From Escherichia coli (GTDB lineage Bacteria > Pseudomonadota > Gammaproteobacteria > Enterobacterales > Enterobacteriaceae), in the NCBI RefSeq assembly GCF_003334355.1, contig NZ_QOWP01000015.1: DNA of 64,000 nt, one strand, 5' to 3'. Positions within the stretch are counted from its first letter, which is position 1. Each line of letters opens with the position of its first letter. Positions 23,245 to 35,606 of the stretch are shown here, piece after piece. The notes below the pieces were generated by a model. The model was given only the letters and a program-made list of their open reading frames with translations, ran no database searches and was not told the DNA's origin. The position numbers were made by a program, and so were the translations under genes.

Positions 23245-24432
23245 ATGACGGAACAAGAAAAAACCTCCGCCGTGGTTGAAGAGACCAGGGAGGCCGTGGA
23301 CACCACGTCACAACCTGTCGCAACAGAAAAAAAGAGTAAGAACAATACCGCATTGATTCTCAGCGCGGTGGCTATCGCTATTGCTCTGGCGGCGGGCGTC
23401 GGTTTGTATGGCTGGGGTAAACAACAGGCCGTCAATCAGACCGCCACCAGCGATGCCCTGGCTAACCAACTGACGGCATTGCAAAAAGCCCAGGAGAGCC
23501 AAAAAGCCGAGCTGGAAGGCATTATTAAGCAACAAGCTGCACAACTTAAGCAGGCGAATCGTCAGCAAGAAACGCTGGCAAAACAGTTGGATGAAGTCCA
23601 ACAAAAGGTCGCCACCATTTCCGGCAGCGATGCTAAAACCTGGCTGCTGGCTCAGGCCGATTTTCTGGTGAAACTCGCCGGACGGAAGCTGTGGAGCGAT
23701 CAGGACGTCACGACCGCTGCAGCGTTGCTGAAAAGTGCAGACGCCAGCCTGGCGGATATGAATGACCCGAGTCTGATTACCGTTCGTCGGGCAATTACCG
23801 ATGATATCGCCAGCCTTTCTGCAGTATCGCAGGTGGATTATGACGGCATCATCCTTAAGCTTAATCAGCTTTCAAATCAGGTAGATAACCTGCGTCTGGC
23901 CGATAATGACAGCGATGGTTCGCCGATGGATTCAGACGGTGAAGAGCTTTCCAGTTCCATCAGCGAATGGCGTATCAATCTGCAAAAAAGCTGGCAGAAC
24001 TTTATGGACAACTTCATTACGATTCGCCGTCGTGATGACACCGCCGTACCGCTGTTAGCGCCAAATCAGGATATCTATCTGCGCGAAAATATTCGCTCTC
24101 GCCTGCTGGTCGCAGCACAAGCTGTACCGCGTCACCAGGAAGAGACTTATCGCCAGGCGCTGGAGAACGTCTCCACCTGGGTACGTGCTTACTACGATAC
24201 TGATGATGCCACCACCAAAGCGTTCCTCGACGAGGTGGACCAGTTAAGCCAGCAAAATATCTCGATGGATCTTCCGGAAACCCTGCAAAGCCAGGCGATG
24301 CTGGAAAAACTGATGCAGACTCGCGTGCGTAACCTGCTGGCACAACCGGCAGCAGGGACAACGGAAGCTAAACCTGCACCTGCACCTGCACCGCAAGGTG
24401 ATACTCCGGCAGCCGCGCCGCAAGGAGAATAA
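23245..24432 (+). CDS. hemX: HemX membrane protein
   Basis: 395-aa ORF with one TM helix, coiled-coil Q/A-rich region and Pro/Ala-rich C terminus. Confidence 0.85.
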   Translation: MTEQEKTSAVVEETREAVDTTSQPVATEKKSKNNTALILSAVAIAIALAAGVGLYGWGKQQAVNQTATSDALANQLTALQKAQESQKAELEGIIKQQAAQLKQANRQQETLAKQLDEVQQKVATISGSDAKTWLLAQADFLVKLAGRKLWSDQDVTTAAALLKSADASLADMNDPSLITVRRAITDDIASLSAVSQVDYDGIILKLNQLSNQVDNLRLADNDSDGSPMDSDGEELSSSISEWRINLQKSWQNFMDNFITIRRRDDTAVPLLAPNQDIYLRENIRSRLLVAAQAVPRHQEETYRQALENVSTWVRAYYDTDDATTKAFLDEVDQLSQQNISMDLPETLQSQAMLEKLMQTRVRNLLAQPAAGTTEAKPAPAPAPQGDTPAAAPQGE

Positions 24433-24434
24433 CC

Positions 24435-25631
24435 ATGCTAAAAGTGTTATTACTCTTTGTTTTGCTGATTGCGGGGATAGTGGTTGGCCCGATGATTGCC
24501 GGTCATCAGGGTTATGTGCTGATCCAAACCGACAACTACAATATCGAAACCAGCGTCACGGGCCTGGCGATCATATTGATTCTGGCGATGGTAGTGCTGT
24601 TTGCCATTGAGTGGCTACTGCGGCGGATCTTCCGCACTGGCGCGCACACCCGTGGGTGGTTTGTCGGGCGTAAGCGTCGCCGTGCACGTAAGCAGACCGA
24701 ACAGGCGCTGCTGAAACTGGCGGAAGGCGATTATCAGCAAGTTGAAAAGCTGATGGCGAAAAATGCCGATCACGCTGAACAACCGGTGGTGAACTATCTA
24801 CTGGCTGCCGAAGCCGCGCAACAACGTGGTGATGAAGCGCGCGCCAACCAACATCTGGAACGCGCAGCGGAGCTGGCCGGCAATGACACCATTCCGGTAG
24901 AAATCACCCGTGTACGTCTGCAACTGGCCCGTAATGAAAACCATGCTGCACGCCACGGCGTGGATAAGCTGCTGGAAGTTACGCCACGCCATCCGGAAGT
25001 ATTACGTCTGGCGGAACAGGCGTATATCCGCACAGGTGCATGGAGTTCTCTGCTGGATATCATCCCATCAATGGCGAAAGCCCATGTTGGTGATGAAGAA
25101 CATCGTGCAATGCTGGAACAACAGGCATGGATTGGCCTGATGGATCAGGCGCGTGCCGATAACGGTAGTGAAGGTTTGCGTAACTGGTGGAAAAACCAAA
25201 GCCGGAAAACGCGTCATCAGGTAGCGTTGCAGGTGGCAATGGCGGAACATCTTATTGAATGTGACGATCATGATACTGCCCAGCAAATTATCATCGATGG
25301 CCTGAAACGCCAGTACGACGATCGCCTACTGCTGCCGATTCCTCGACTGAAAACCAACAATCCGGAACAGCTGGAAAAAGTGCTGCGCCAGCAGATCAAA
25401 AACGTCGGCGATCGCCCGCTGTTGTGGAGCACACTGGGCCAGTCACTGATGAAGCACGGAGAATGGCAGGAAGCATCGCTCGCCTTCCGCGCAGCGCTGA
25501 AACAACGTCCGGACGCCTACGATTACGCATGGCTTGCCGACGCGCTGGACAGACTGCACAAGCCGGAAGAAGCTGCAGCGATGCGTCACGACGGTTTGAT
25601 GTTAACGTTGCAGAACAACCCACCACAGTAG
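24435..25631 (+). CDS. hemY: HemY, TPR-containing inner-membrane protein
   Basis: 398-aa ORF with two N-terminal TM helices and TPR-like repeats. Confidence 0.85.
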   Translation: MLKVLLLFVLLIAGIVVGPMIAGHQGYVLIQTDNYNIETSVTGLAIILILAMVVLFAIEWLLRRIFRTGAHTRGWFVGRKRRRARKQTEQALLKLAEGDYQQVEKLMAKNADHAEQPVVNYLLAAEAAQQRGDEARANQHLERAAELAGNDTIPVEITRVRLQLARNENHAARHGVDKLLEVTPRHPEVLRLAEQAYIRTGAWSSLLDIIPSMAKAHVGDEEHRAMLEQQAWIGLMDQARADNGSEGLRNWWKNQSRKTRHQVALQVAMAEHLIECDDHDTAQQIIIDGLKRQYDDRLLLPIPRLKTNNPEQLEKVLRQQIKNVGDRPLLWSTLGQSLMKHGEWQEASLAFRAALKQRPDAYDYAWLADALDRLHKPEEAAAMRHDGLMLTLQNNPPQ

Positions 25632-25678
25632 TTCCTTCTCACCCGGGGGCAAGCACCTCCGGGGCCTTCCTGACACAT

Positions 25679-25885
25679 AAAAAAACGCCTGCTCTTATTA
25701 CGGAGCAGGCGTTAAAACAGGTCTGTATGACAACAAGTGGGTGCTTCACTCAACGTTGTGTCCATGGTGTCTGATGAGGCATAAGCGACATCTGTCAGTG
25801 GACGATAAGCACCGTAAACGGCTCTGCGTCATTCCGGAGTTTATGAGGCACTAAGGCGAACATAAGAGATGGAATGAGCATCTAC
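25679..25885 (-). ncRNA. glmZ: GlmZ small RNA (activator of glmS translation)
   Basis: Minus strand reads GTAGATGCTCATTCCATCTCTTATGTTCGCCTTAGTGCC...GCCTGCTCCGTAATAAGAGCAGGCGTTTTTTT with terminal hairpin and U-run; matches recalled GlmZ sequence. Confidence 0.85.
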
Positions 25886-26309
25886 TCGTTTATTATGCCA
25901 CAGAGAATCGGGAAATAACATCCCTTAACACTTGTTATGAGATAATTCTGTAATCCTCTTTGCTTCCTGAGTAATAACTTCCTGAGTGAATATTTAACCT
26001 GAGCTTGATCCTACACATACTTATTATGAATGATAAAATTCATTCAATTAATAACACATATATTAATTGCCGTTAAAACTAAAAACAGCATCAATAATCA
26101 ACGCGATATAATAAACCTGCCTTACATATCAACTGCGCCAGAGGTAGGATTGAAAACGCTCTCCTGATTTTCCAATTCATTTTCTGGATAAATAAATAAT
26201 TTATTTTTGTCACTATTATTTATGTAATCATCCTGTCAGGGAGAGGGATCTCAATTATCAATGCTTAATTACGTCATCATTTTGATGACATGAAACCGGA
26301 GCATTTTGC

Positions 26310-26471
26310 ATGGAAATTTCGTTTTCACCCAAACGTCTTGTTGTTGCTGTCGCCGCCGCTCTTCCTCTCATGGCCAGCGCAGCAGATACCCCGTCAACTG
26401 CCACCGCACGCAAAGGCTTTGCCGGATACGATCACCCAAACCAGTATCCACAGAACGCTGCAATTTATTGA
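26310..26471 (+). pseudogene. aslA: truncated arylsulfatase aslA remnant (signal-peptide region only, about 53 codons)
   Basis: ATG at 26310 encodes [53 protein letters not shown] then stop; spacing from glmZ 5' end matches the expected aslA start, but the ORF ends about 1.5 kb short of a full sulfatase. Confidence 0.6.
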
Positions 26472-26485
26472 ATTTGCACGATCAT

Positions 26486-26520
<35 letters not shown>

Positions 26521-26554
26521 ATCAACCGCAGGCGGCCACAAAATGGCCGCTTTT

Positions 26555-27790
26555 TTACTTACTCACCACCAGCAAATGCGCATGCATAATGTCACTGGCC
26601 GGGCGACCGTGCGCCAGCAAATCAGCCATTGCTTTAAGATATGGCGGTAGATGGCGGAAATAACGCTGATACCCGGCACACAAATAATTCAGCCCCGGTT
26701 TGCCTCTGGCATCGAGCATGAAGCGGTGTTTCGGGCAGCCTCCCCAGCACGCTTTTAACACGTTACAACTGCGACACTGCGCCGGTAATTGCTTAAATTT
26801 ATCTTCACCAAACGCCTGCTGTTGCGGGGAATCGATCATTTCTGCAATTGTTTGCTGGTGCATATTCCCCAGCCGATATTGTGGATAAACATAGTGATCG
26901 CAGGCGTAAACGTCGCCGTTGTGCTCAACAATCACCGAGCGCCCACAGGTTGGCTGATGATGGCAAACCGCACCCGGCGCACCGACAAAATTGGCAAACG
27001 CCCATTCGATATTCATCACGAAAATCTTGCCGACGTCGCGTTTAATCCAGTGGTCGAATATCGCCACCAGAAATTCACCGAACTCCTCGGGGCGCACCGA
27101 CCATTCCGTTAGCTCACCCTGAATATCACCAGGCGCATGCAATTTCAGTCCTTCGCGGGCAGCCATTTCATCAGCCAGGCGCTCGACCACCGGAATAAAC
27201 TGGATGAATTCCACTCCCGCATCGCACAAAAAATCATATACCTGCAACGGTTGCTGCGCGCTGGTGCGATTAACGCAGACCAGCACGTTATAGTCGACAT
27301 GATGTTTTTGCAGCAGCGTCAGGGCACGCATCACCAGCTTATGCGTGGGTCTGCCACCTTTAGTCACGCGATATTGATTGTGGATCTCAGGCGGACCATC
27401 CAGCGATAAACCAACAAGAAAATGATGCTCCGCGAGAAACGCGCACCATTCGTCATCCAGCAGCACGCCGTTAGTCTGGAAGCTGTTACTTATCTTCCTG
27501 CCAGCACCATATTTCGCCTGTAGCGCTACGGCACGGCGGTAAAACTCCAGCCCGAGTAGCGTTGGTTCGCCGCCCTGCCAGGTAAAAGCCACTTCGTTTT
27601 GCAGTTCGCTGGCGGCGATATAGTGACGGATATACGCTTCCAGCGTGTCATCGTCCATATGCGTGACTGGCTTTTCGCGGTAAAGGGATTGTTTTTCGAG
27701 ATAAAAACAGTAGTCACAGTTCAGATTACAATCGGAACCACTCGGTTTCGCCATCACATGAAAAGCACGCGTTGGAACCTGTTGCAGCAT
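26555..27790 (-). CDS. aslB: radical-SAM anaerobic sulfatase-maturating enzyme homolog
   Basis: 411 aa from MLQQVPTRAFHVMAKPSGSDCNLNCDYCFY (CxxxCxxC radical-SAM motif); ORF-track start 27820 is an upstream in-frame alternative. Confidence 0.85.
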   Translation of the reverse strand: MLQQVPTRAFHVMAKPSGSDCNLNCDYCFYLEKQSLYREKPVTHMDDDTLEAYIRHYIAASELQNEVAFTWQGGEPTLLGLEFYRRAVALQAKYGAGRKISNSFQTNGVLLDDEWCAFLAEHHFLVGLSLDGPPEIHNQYRVTKGGRPTHKLVMRALTLLQKHHVDYNVLVCVNRTSAQQPLQVYDFLCDAGVEFIQFIPVVERLADEMAAREGLKLHAPGDIQGELTEWSVRPEEFGEFLVAIFDHWIKRDVGKIFVMNIEWAFANFVGAPGAVCHHQPTCGRSVIVEHNGDVYACDHYVYPQYRLGNMHQQTIAEMIDSPQQQAFGEDKFKQLPAQCRSCNVLKACWGGCPKHRFMLDARGKPGLNYLCAGYQRYFRHLPPYLKAMADLLAHGRPASDIMHAHLLVVSK

Positions 27791-27900
27791 GGTCACTCCT
27801 TGCCTGAAGTCATCCTTCAATACGTTAAGGGCGAAATCATACCGTGGGGCAATGAGTTATTACGGGCGTTTATTGCGAAGGGAGGGTGACGAAATGCACA

Positions 27901-27930
27901 GAAAACAAAAAACCCCGCCGAAGCGGGGTT
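27901..27930 (-). terminator. rho-independent terminator of the argX-hisR-leuT-proM tRNA operon
   Basis: 8-bp stem aaccccgc/gcggggtt with cgaa loop, followed on minus strand by tttttgtttt. Confidence 0.65.
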
Positions 27931-27936
27931 CAAAAT

Positions 27937-28013
27937 TGGTCGGCGAGAGAGGATTCGAACCTCCGACCCACTGGTCCCAAACCAGTTGCGCTACCAAGCT
28001 GCGCTACTCGCCG
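27937..28013 (-). tRNA. proM: tRNA-Pro
   Basis: Reverse complement reads CGGCGAGTAGCGCAGCTTGGTAGCGCAACTGGTTTGGGACCAGTGGGTCGGAGGTTCGAATCCTCTCTCGCCGACCA. Confidence 0.9.
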
Positions 28014-28054
28014 AAATACTGCTTTTTGAATTTTTAGTTCAATTCTTTAAAGTC

Positions 28055-28141
28055 GTGGTGCGAGGGGGGGGACTTGAACCCCCACGTCCGTAAGGACACT
28101 AACACCTGAAGCTAGCGCGTCTACCAATTCCGCCACCTTCG
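28055..28141 (-). tRNA. leuT: tRNA-Leu (CAG)
   Basis: Reverse complement reads GCGAAGGTGGCGGAATTGGTAGACGCGCTAGCTTCAGGTGTTAG...CCCCCCCCTCGCACCA (87 nt, long variable arm). Confidence 0.9.
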
Positions 28142-28161
28142 CATTGTCACAACTTCTAATA

Positions 28162-28238
28162 ATGGGGTGGCTAATGGGATTCGAACCCACGACAACTGGA
28201 ATCACAATCCAGGGCTCTACCAACTGAGCTATAGCCAC
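28162..28238 (-). tRNA. hisR: tRNA-His
   Basis: Reverse complement reads GGTGGCTATAGCTCAGTTGGTAGAGCCCTGGATTGTGATTCCAGTTGTCGTGGGTTCGAATCCCATTAGCCACCCCA. Confidence 0.9.
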
Positions 28239-28296
28239 CACTACAAATCTTGTTACGCGGTATTACTACCACCGCAGCTCAAGCGCCGGGACTAAA

Positions 28297-28373
<77 letters not shown>

Positions 28374-28475
28374 TTAGCGCCGTTGCGGGGGTGGATAATA
28401 CGGACTTCCCACCCCTCTGTCTAGTCCCTTTTTAAATAAATTGCGCGTTTGGTTACGGTTTGTGCGTTTTGCTGC

Positions 28476-29861
28476 TTATTCCTCCAGTTTATGCGCTTTC
28501 CCGTGGCGATTAAGGCCAAAAACTTTATAAATCGCCGTCACCGCCAGCATAAAGATGATGCCAACAAACAGCGACATACGCGTATCTTCATTAAAGTACA
28601 TGCCGATCAAAACGCAAATCAGGAATGCCATTGTTACGTAGTTGGCCCACGGGAACAGGATTGAGCGGAACGGATGGCTGGCAATCGCCGCTTTATGTGC
28701 ACGCCGAAAACGCAGCTGGCTTATCAATATCACAAACCATGGCACCATCCCCGGAAGCACGCTGGCACTGTAGACGTAGACAAACACACGCTGCGGATTG
28801 GGAATGATGTAGTTCAGGCATGAGCCAATTAGCAGAATAGCAATAGATACTGCCACACCCGCAACCGGTACGCCGTGACGGGAAACTTTCGCCATCGCCG
28901 CCGGTAACTGACGGTTTTTCGCCAGTGCGTAGAGCATACGTCCGCAACTGTACATGCCGCTGTTACAGCCAGAGAGCGCAGCCGTCAGCACCACAAAGTT
29001 GATAATGCCCGCCGCTGCGGTAATACCGATTTTGGCAAAAGTCAGTACGAACGGGCTGCCGTTGCTGCCAATTTCATTCCACGGGAAGATGGTGACGATA
29101 ACGAAAATCGCGCCTACGTAGAAAATCAGGATCCGCCACAGCACCTTGCCTACGGCACTGCGCAGTGTCACCTGCGGATTCTTCGCTTCACCGGCAGTAA
29201 TGCCAATCAGCTCCACGCCCTGGTAGGACGCCACCACAATACACAGCGCGGTCAGGAACCCTTTCCAGCCACCCGCAAAGAAACCGCCATGCTCTGTGAG
29301 ATTGCTAAAACCAATCGACTGCCCACCATTGCCAAAGCCAAAGAAAATCACGCCCAGGCCAATGACAATCATCACGATAATCGTGGTGACTTTGATCATC
29401 GCGAACCAGAACTCGATTTCGCCGTACAACCGCACCGCCGCCAGATTCGCCAACGCCACCAGCGCCACTGCGATCAATGCGGGTATCCACTGCGCCATCT
29501 CCGGGAACCAGAACTGGACATAAACGCCAATGGCGGTGATTTCTGAGATCCCCACGGCCATCCACATAAACCAGTAAGACCAGGCGGTGAGATAACCAAA
29601 AAACGGGCTCATATAACGATGCGCATAAACGGCGAACGAACCGGTAACCGGTTCGAGGAACAACATTTCGCCCATTGAACGCATGATGAAAAAGACGAAC
29701 AGCCCGGCGATGATATAGGCCAACAATACGGATGGCCCGGCCCATTTCAGGGTACTGGCGGCCCCCATAAACAGGCCGACGCCAATGGTGCCCCCCAGGG
29801 CGATGAGTTCGATATGTCGAGCTTCCAGCCCACGCTGTAGCTCTGGTTTGTTATCTGCCAT
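28476..29861 (-). CDS. yifK: APC-family amino-acid permease YifK
   Basis: 461-aa polytopic membrane ORF; synteny next to tRNA operon. Confidence 0.85.
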
Positions 29862-30051
29862 AAATCCTCGTGTTGTGTTTGCATGCTTTCCGGTGTTACC
29901 GGTTATCGTTATGGGTACATCGAGTGTTGCGAATGTTTTCGTAATTCAGGAGAAATGGCAAATAAAGCATTAAAAATTTGAATGCTTTGTGTAATAAAAA
30001 AGCAGACAGGCGACGAAGTGACCACTCCGTCGCTTTACAAAGAGAGGAAAA

Positions 30052-30792
30052 TCAGAGGTTGCCGGTGTAATGCCAGCGTAAATAACGCAGCAAACGAAGC
30101 TGACGCTTAATGCGGCTCGGCTGCGAAAGCAGGCGGTAGAGCCACTCCAGTCCCAGCGTTTGCCAGATTTTCGGTGCGCGTTTTACGTGACCGGTGAAAA
30201 CATCGTAAGTCCCGCCAACGCCCATATACAGCGCATCTGGATGCACCAGACGGCAGTCGCGCATGAAGATCTCCTGCTTTGGCGATCCCATCGCAACGGT
30301 GACGATTTGCGCTCCGCTGGCATGAATGCGTTCAAACAGCGCCTGACGCTGCTCGGGTTTAAAATAACCATCCTGACTGCCAACGATATTCACATTCCAT
30401 TGGTTGCGCAGTTTAGCTTCAGTTTGCGCCAGCACTTCAGGTTTACCGCCCACAAGAAATACCGGCGTCCCTTCTTTGCCTGCGCGCGCCATCAGCTCTT
30501 CCCAGAGATCGGCACCGGCAACGCGGGAAACCTGCGCCTGCGGGTACTTTTTACGTACTGAACGTACAACGCTGATGCCATCCGCATATTTAAATTCGGC
30601 AGCGTTAATTAACTCCCTGACCTCGGCGTTATCTTCAATGGTCAGCATTTTTTCGGCATTAATGGCAACCAGCGTTCCCTGCTTAAGCTGCCCGTCAGCA
30701 AACAGATAATCGAGGGCATGCTGCATATCACGCCAACCAAGCAACTGTAAGCCACGCAGCGTATAGGTCGGTGCCGTGGTGTTGTTATTCAT
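30052..30792 (-). CDS. wecG: UDP-N-acetyl-D-mannosaminuronic acid transferase (ECA synthesis)
   Basis: 246-aa ORF, last gene of the ECA cluster; K-12 synteny. Confidence 0.85.
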   Translation of the reverse strand: MNNNTTAPTYTLRGLQLLGWRDMQHALDYLFADGQLKQGTLVAINAEKMLTIEDNAEVRELINAAEFKYADGISVVRSVRKKYPQAQVSRVAGADLWEELMARAGKEGTPVFLVGGKPEVLAQTEAKLRNQWNVNIVGSQDGYFKPEQRQALFERIHASGAQIVTVAMGSPKQEIFMRDCRLVHPDALYMGVGGTYDVFTGHVKRAPKIWQTLGLEWLYRLLSQPSRIKRQLRLLRYLRWHYTGNL

Positions 30793-30794
30793 TG

Positions 30795-32147
30795 TTATCC
30801 TTCAACCTGCGTCCGGAGCGATGATTTTGTACGTTTATGAATGAGTCCGGCGCTTTCAAAAAGCCAGTACAACAGTTTTGCGATCATCAGACATGCGCCG
30901 AAGACCACGATAAAAAAGACTACGCGTGAGACAAACGAATCCAGCCCTTCACGTGCCAGCACGATCATATTGAAGATCGCCCCAAAGCAGAAACTGTGCA
31001 ATATCGCAGCCTTATAGCGATTAGTCTCGCGGTTGCCCAGCTCATACAGCCAGTCGAACCATTTGATGATCAGTCCAACCACAATCGCCCCGAGTGGGAT
31101 GAACAACGCGCCGCCCATCACCACCAGTGAGCCTATAAGCGTAGGCGAGATCGCCAGTCCGGAGTGGTTATTCAGCACTTCCCAGGTAAAGTAGTTGGCT
31201 GAGTTCAGCACCATACTCGGGCGCCCCGGCCACAGCCAGGAAGGGATAAAGACATAGAAATCGCGGACAATTGGAGCCAGGCCCTGGAAGTCGATGTTGT
31301 CGTAGTTCTGCAACAGCAACGCCAGATTCTCCCACGGCGAGAAGGTGTCGCGAGTGAGATAGAGAAACGTATAGAACGCTTCATCGCCGCTCACATTCAT
31401 TCCATAGCGTTTTAACGCCAGCCAGAACATGCCAACAATCCCCAGCACGCCCGCCGCCGCCAGCATCCACAACGAAATCCAGCCGCGAATAATGCCAATA
31501 AACAGGAAGATAGCGAATGCAATGATGATATTGGCGCGAGTGCCGCCGACAATCATATAAGTCAGCAAGCCAAAAGCGACCGTGCTGACGAGGAAAAACA
31601 GCCACGCTTTGCTGTCCTGGCGCAGAAAGTAGACCACCAGCATCGCCGGGATGAAAAAGTAAAAGAAGCGTTTTAACGCCACGCCGGAGACTTCACTGGA
31701 AAAGATCTGACTGTAGGAGTTAAGCCGGAACAGCAAAAAGCCGTTGTGCATGAAGAAGATGCCGACGCTTACCAGCGCGATGCCCATCAGGATCACCCAC
31801 GTAAGATTGGTCTCCACGCGGTTCATGGTAAACAGCGGACGGCGCGGTACATCAGCAACGCGTTTGCGTAGGCGGGTTTTGTAGGTGACATAGTAAACCG
31901 CGTAGAAGCAGCCCGCAGAAAGCAACGCCTGCAACAAGATTTCTGGCGGCGCGACACCAACATCAAAGCGAAATACCAGCACGCTGGTCAGCGGGAAGCC
32001 GAAGAAAAAGGTGAGCAAAAACAGCAATGAAAAGAAGACATTGAAGTTAAAGCGCACACGGCGAAACTCAAACCAGGTCAGCGTGGCAATAAACAGCGTG
32101 CAGAGCAGCCAGACAACAAACAGGCCACTGAATTGCAGCAGACTCAT
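30795..32147 (-). CDS. wzyE: ECA polymerase WzyE
   Basis: 450-aa highly hydrophobic multi-TM ORF. Confidence 0.85.
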
Positions 32148-33223
32148 GCGACCTCCCCGGCGGCAATCGCCAACGCCCGCTGCCAGCCTTGTAGATAGTT
32201 AGGGCTAAAGAAGGCAATGGTGTTTTTATCCACCGACGCCAACTGGCGCTGCGCTTCACGCACAATATCCTCGTTGAGATCGTCGGTAGTAAACAGCACC
32301 GGCAAATGTTGTTCCGTCATATCCTGCCAGAACGGATTTTCCCGGTTAAGCACACAAGGAATGCCCGCCTGAATCAGTAAGCACAGCGTACCAATGCCCT
32401 GCTGGCGGGCAAAAATAAAGTAACCAAGATCGCACTGACGAAGTAGCGCCAGATAGGCGTCAAATTCCAGTTTTTCGCTCAGAATTTGTAGATTTTCTTC
32501 GCTGAATAACTCCAGCCCCGCCTGACGAACTTCCTCAATGTACGCTTCGTTATTAGGCGGATATCCCATCGGCACCACCACTTTTACCGTATCGCCAAAT
32601 TGCTGATGAACGGCGCGCAAGGCAGCAATATGCTCATTGCTGCGGTCGCCGGAGTTCCCCACCAGAATGGTCATTTTCCCTTCACGTTGCCGATCGTTCG
32701 CCATCGTATTGAGCGAAGGGTCCATCCGCGTCGGGAAGTACAGCAGTTCGCCCCGCACCTTTGGGTGCGTTTTGGCAAAAAAGCTCAAATCGCCGCGGGT
32801 GGCAAATACACAGCCGACTCGCTTTTGCGCCAGGCGACGTAGTGGGTAAAAAAGCTTATATCTCAAGCCACTGGAAAGCTCATACAGGTCTGCCCCCCAG
32901 ATATGCCAGAAAAACTGGCTGGGCTTAATGCCACCACTCAGCAGAGCCAGCCACAGTGTGGGATTGAACTGACCGTGGAAGAAAAAACGCTGCTGACGGT
33001 TAGCTTTTGCTTTCGCGATGACCGCTTCCGCCAGCGATTTTTTCCCAGGGAAAAATTGCACAGAAAGCGCCGGACAGCTATCACTTAAGCCGTCGTCCTT
33101 GCCAACAACCATAAACTCGCGCGCGTGCTCGCTCGTCGCGGCCAGCGCGTCATTGAAAAACCGCAAAACGGTTCGGTTATGGTGAGGGATATCCGATCCC
33201 AGTACGTGAATCAGTACAGTCAT
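32144..33223 (-). CDS. wecF: TDP-Fuc4NAc:lipid II 4-alpha-fucosyltransferase
   Basis: 359-aa ORF; 4-nt overlaps with both neighbours. Confidence 0.85.
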
Positions 33224-34470
33224 GCCCGCCTACGCCAGAGTAAAAACACGCCACAACAAAGAGAAAAATAGACGATATAAGTTGCCATATATGCCTGCGC
33301 CGCGCCCAGTGCACCATGCGCAGGGATTAGCCAGTGGGCAAATACCATCAATAAAGTGAACTGGCTGACTTCCGCCAGAATATAAAACCGCAGTGACGCT
33401 TTGGCGATCACCAGATAACCAAAGACATAAGCGCCCACTTTTAACACATCACCCACTAACTGCCAGGCAAAGAGATCGCGCATAGCGGTAAATTTATTCG
33501 ACAACAGCAGCCAGATAGCAAAATCACGCAGCAGCCAGACGGTAAAACTCGCCGCCGCCACTGCCGGTAAGACGAATTTCAGCGATTTAACCACTTCCCG
33601 GGTGATATCGCGCTTTTCCGTTAGCCGCGACAACGTGGGCAGCAAATATACGCTGAACGATGCCGTAATAAATTGCAGGTAGGCATCGGAAATACTGCTC
33701 ACCCCTTGCCAGATCCCCACCTCATCCCAGCTATACTGCGCCGCCAGCAGTTTACGCATCATGATGTAAGCAACAGGCAAGGTCACCGACGTAATCAACG
33801 CCATGAGCGTAAATTTGCTCAACTGCCCTGCCAGACCGTTATCCCAGCTGGGTTTCAGATAGCTTAACGGGATGACACCACGTTTGATCAACATGATGGC
33901 GGCAGGAATTACCACCAGCGCGGGAATCAGCGCCAGACCCAGCAACGCCCCTTCATAACCGCCCAAACGGTAACTGACGTAGTACGCGAGAACGCCAATC
34001 AAGCTGCCGACAATCAGCGATAACGCATTACCTGCGGCATCGCGAAAGCCTTTCATCAGCGCCAGTAACAGGTTGCCCCAGGCGATCCCCATTTGCACCA
34101 GCGCCACTAAACGCACCAGCCCCTGATAGTCGGTATTACCAAACAATCCCTGGCTGATTGGCGCAGCTGCCAGCACAAAAACCAGCGCCATCAGCGTAGA
34201 GAAACCAAGTACCATCGCTGATGAAGTGCCGACCACGCGGCGCAGCTGTTGCGGATTATCATGGTACTGGGCAACGTATTTGGTTACACCGTTAAAGATG
34301 CCAGCCCCGGCAAGCACGCCGAGCACGGTAATCAACTGGCGGAAATTTGCCGCCAGCCCAAGCCCCGCCGGACCAAATGACACCGCCAGCAATTTACCGA
34401 CCAGTAACCCGGCACCAATCTTGACCAGTGTACTGGCCGCCGTCCACAAGGACGCTTTTGCCAACGACAT
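33220..34470 (-). CDS. wzxE: ECA lipid III flippase WzxE
   Basis: 416-aa polytopic MOP-type membrane ORF. Confidence 0.85.
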   Translation of the reverse strand: MSLAKASLWTAASTLVKIGAGLLVGKLLAVSFGPAGLGLAANFRQLITVLGVLAGAGIFNGVTKYVAQYHDNPQQLRRVVGTSSAMVLGFSTLMALVFVLAAAPISQGLFGNTDYQGLVRLVALVQMGIAWGNLLLALMKGFRDAAGNALSLIVGSLIGVLAYYVSYRLGGYEGALLGLALIPALVVIPAAIMLIKRGVIPLSYLKPSWDNGLAGQLSKFTLMALITSVTLPVAYIMMRKLLAAQYSWDEVGIWQGVSSISDAYLQFITASFSVYLLPTLSRLTEKRDITREVVKSLKFVLPAVAAASFTVWLLRDFAIWLLLSNKFTAMRDLFAWQLVGDVLKVGAYVFGYLVIAKASLRFYILAEVSQFTLLMVFAHWLIPAHGALGAAQAYMATYIVYFSLCCGVFLLWRRRA

Positions 34471-34471
34471 A

Positions 34472-35602
34472 TCAGGAAAAGTAGTTCAACAAAGTCGCAA
34501 TTACCGTACGCTGATTGACGGGCGACAGGTTGTAGAACAGCGGCAGGCGCAGCAGGCGCTCGCTCTCTTTGGTGGTGTAGCGATCTTCACCGTGGAACTC
34601 ACCAAAGTGTTCCCCCGCAGGGCAACCGTGCAGCGGAATGTAATGAAACACCGCCATGATTTCCGCTTCTTTCAGAAAGTTAATCAACGCGCTCCGGTCA
34701 TCAATATCCCGCAGTTTAATGTAGAACATATGCGCGTTCTGCACGCAGCCATCGGGAATCGACGGCAGCTCGATACGCCCGGCTTTCGCCAGAGGCGCTA
34801 ACGCATCGTAGTAGTTTTGCCACAGCGCCAGACGTTGCTGGTTGATACGATCCGCTGCTTCCAGTTGCGCCCACAGGTATGCAGCTTGCAGATCGGACAT
34901 CAAATAGCTGGAGCCAATATCGCGCCAGGTATATTTATCGACCTGACCACGGAAGAACTGGCTGCGGTTAGTGCCCTTTTCACGGATGATCTCGGCTCGT
35001 TCGATTAACGCTTTATCGTTAATCAGCGTCGCGCCGCCTTCACCGCCCGCCGTGTAGTTTTTGGTTTCATGGAAGCTAAAGCAGCCAATATGACCAATGG
35101 TTCCCAGTGCACGCCCTTTGTAAGTGGACATCACGCCCTGAGCGGCATCTTCTACCACAAACAAATTATGCTTTTTCGCCAACGCCATAATGGTGTCCAT
35201 TTCGCAGGCCACACCCGCGTAATGGACCGGCACGATAACGCGCGTTTTGTCGGTGATCGCCGCTTCAATCAGCGTTTCGTCGATGTTCATGGTGTCCGGG
35301 CGAACATCCACAAAAACGATTTTTGCGCCACGCAGCACAAAGGCATTGGCGGTGGAGACAAAGGTGTAGCTCGGCATGATCACTTCATCGCCAGGCTGGA
35401 TATCGAGCAGCAGCGCCGCCATCTCCAGCGAAGCGGTGCAGGACGGCGTCAGTAACACTTTGGCGCTGCCAAAACGTTGCTCCAGCCACTGCTGGCAGCG
35501 ACGGGTAAAACCGCCATCGCCACACAGTTTGCCGCTACCCATTGCCGACTGCATATAGTCGAGTTCGGTTCCCACCACCGGCGGTGCGTTAAATGGAATC
35601 AT
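34472..35602 (-). CDS. wecE: TDP-4-keto-6-deoxy-D-glucose aminotransferase (DegT/AHBA family)
   Basis: 376-aa ORF with PLP-aminotransferase features. Confidence 0.85.
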   Translation of the reverse strand: MIPFNAPPVVGTELDYMQSAMGSGKLCGDGGFTRRCQQWLEQRFGSAKVLLTPSCTASLEMAALLLDIQPGDEVIMPSYTFVSTANAFVLRGAKIVFVDVRPDTMNIDETLIEAAITDKTRVIVPVHYAGVACEMDTIMALAKKHNLFVVEDAAQGVMSTYKGRALGTIGHIGCFSFHETKNYTAGGEGGATLINDKALIERAEIIREKGTNRSQFFRGQVDKYTWRDIGSSYLMSDLQAAYLWAQLEAADRINQQRLALWQNYYDALAPLAKAGRIELPSIPDGCVQNAHMFYIKLRDIDDRSALINFLKEAEIMAVFHYIPLHGCPAGEHFGEFHGEDRYTTKESERLLRLPLFYNLSPVNQRTVIATLLNYFS

Positions 35603-35606
35603 GTGA

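Noticed and set aside
28047-28241. 64-aa minus-strand ORF
   Set aside because: Lies wholly within the leuT and hisR tRNA genes; an artefact of translating structured RNA.
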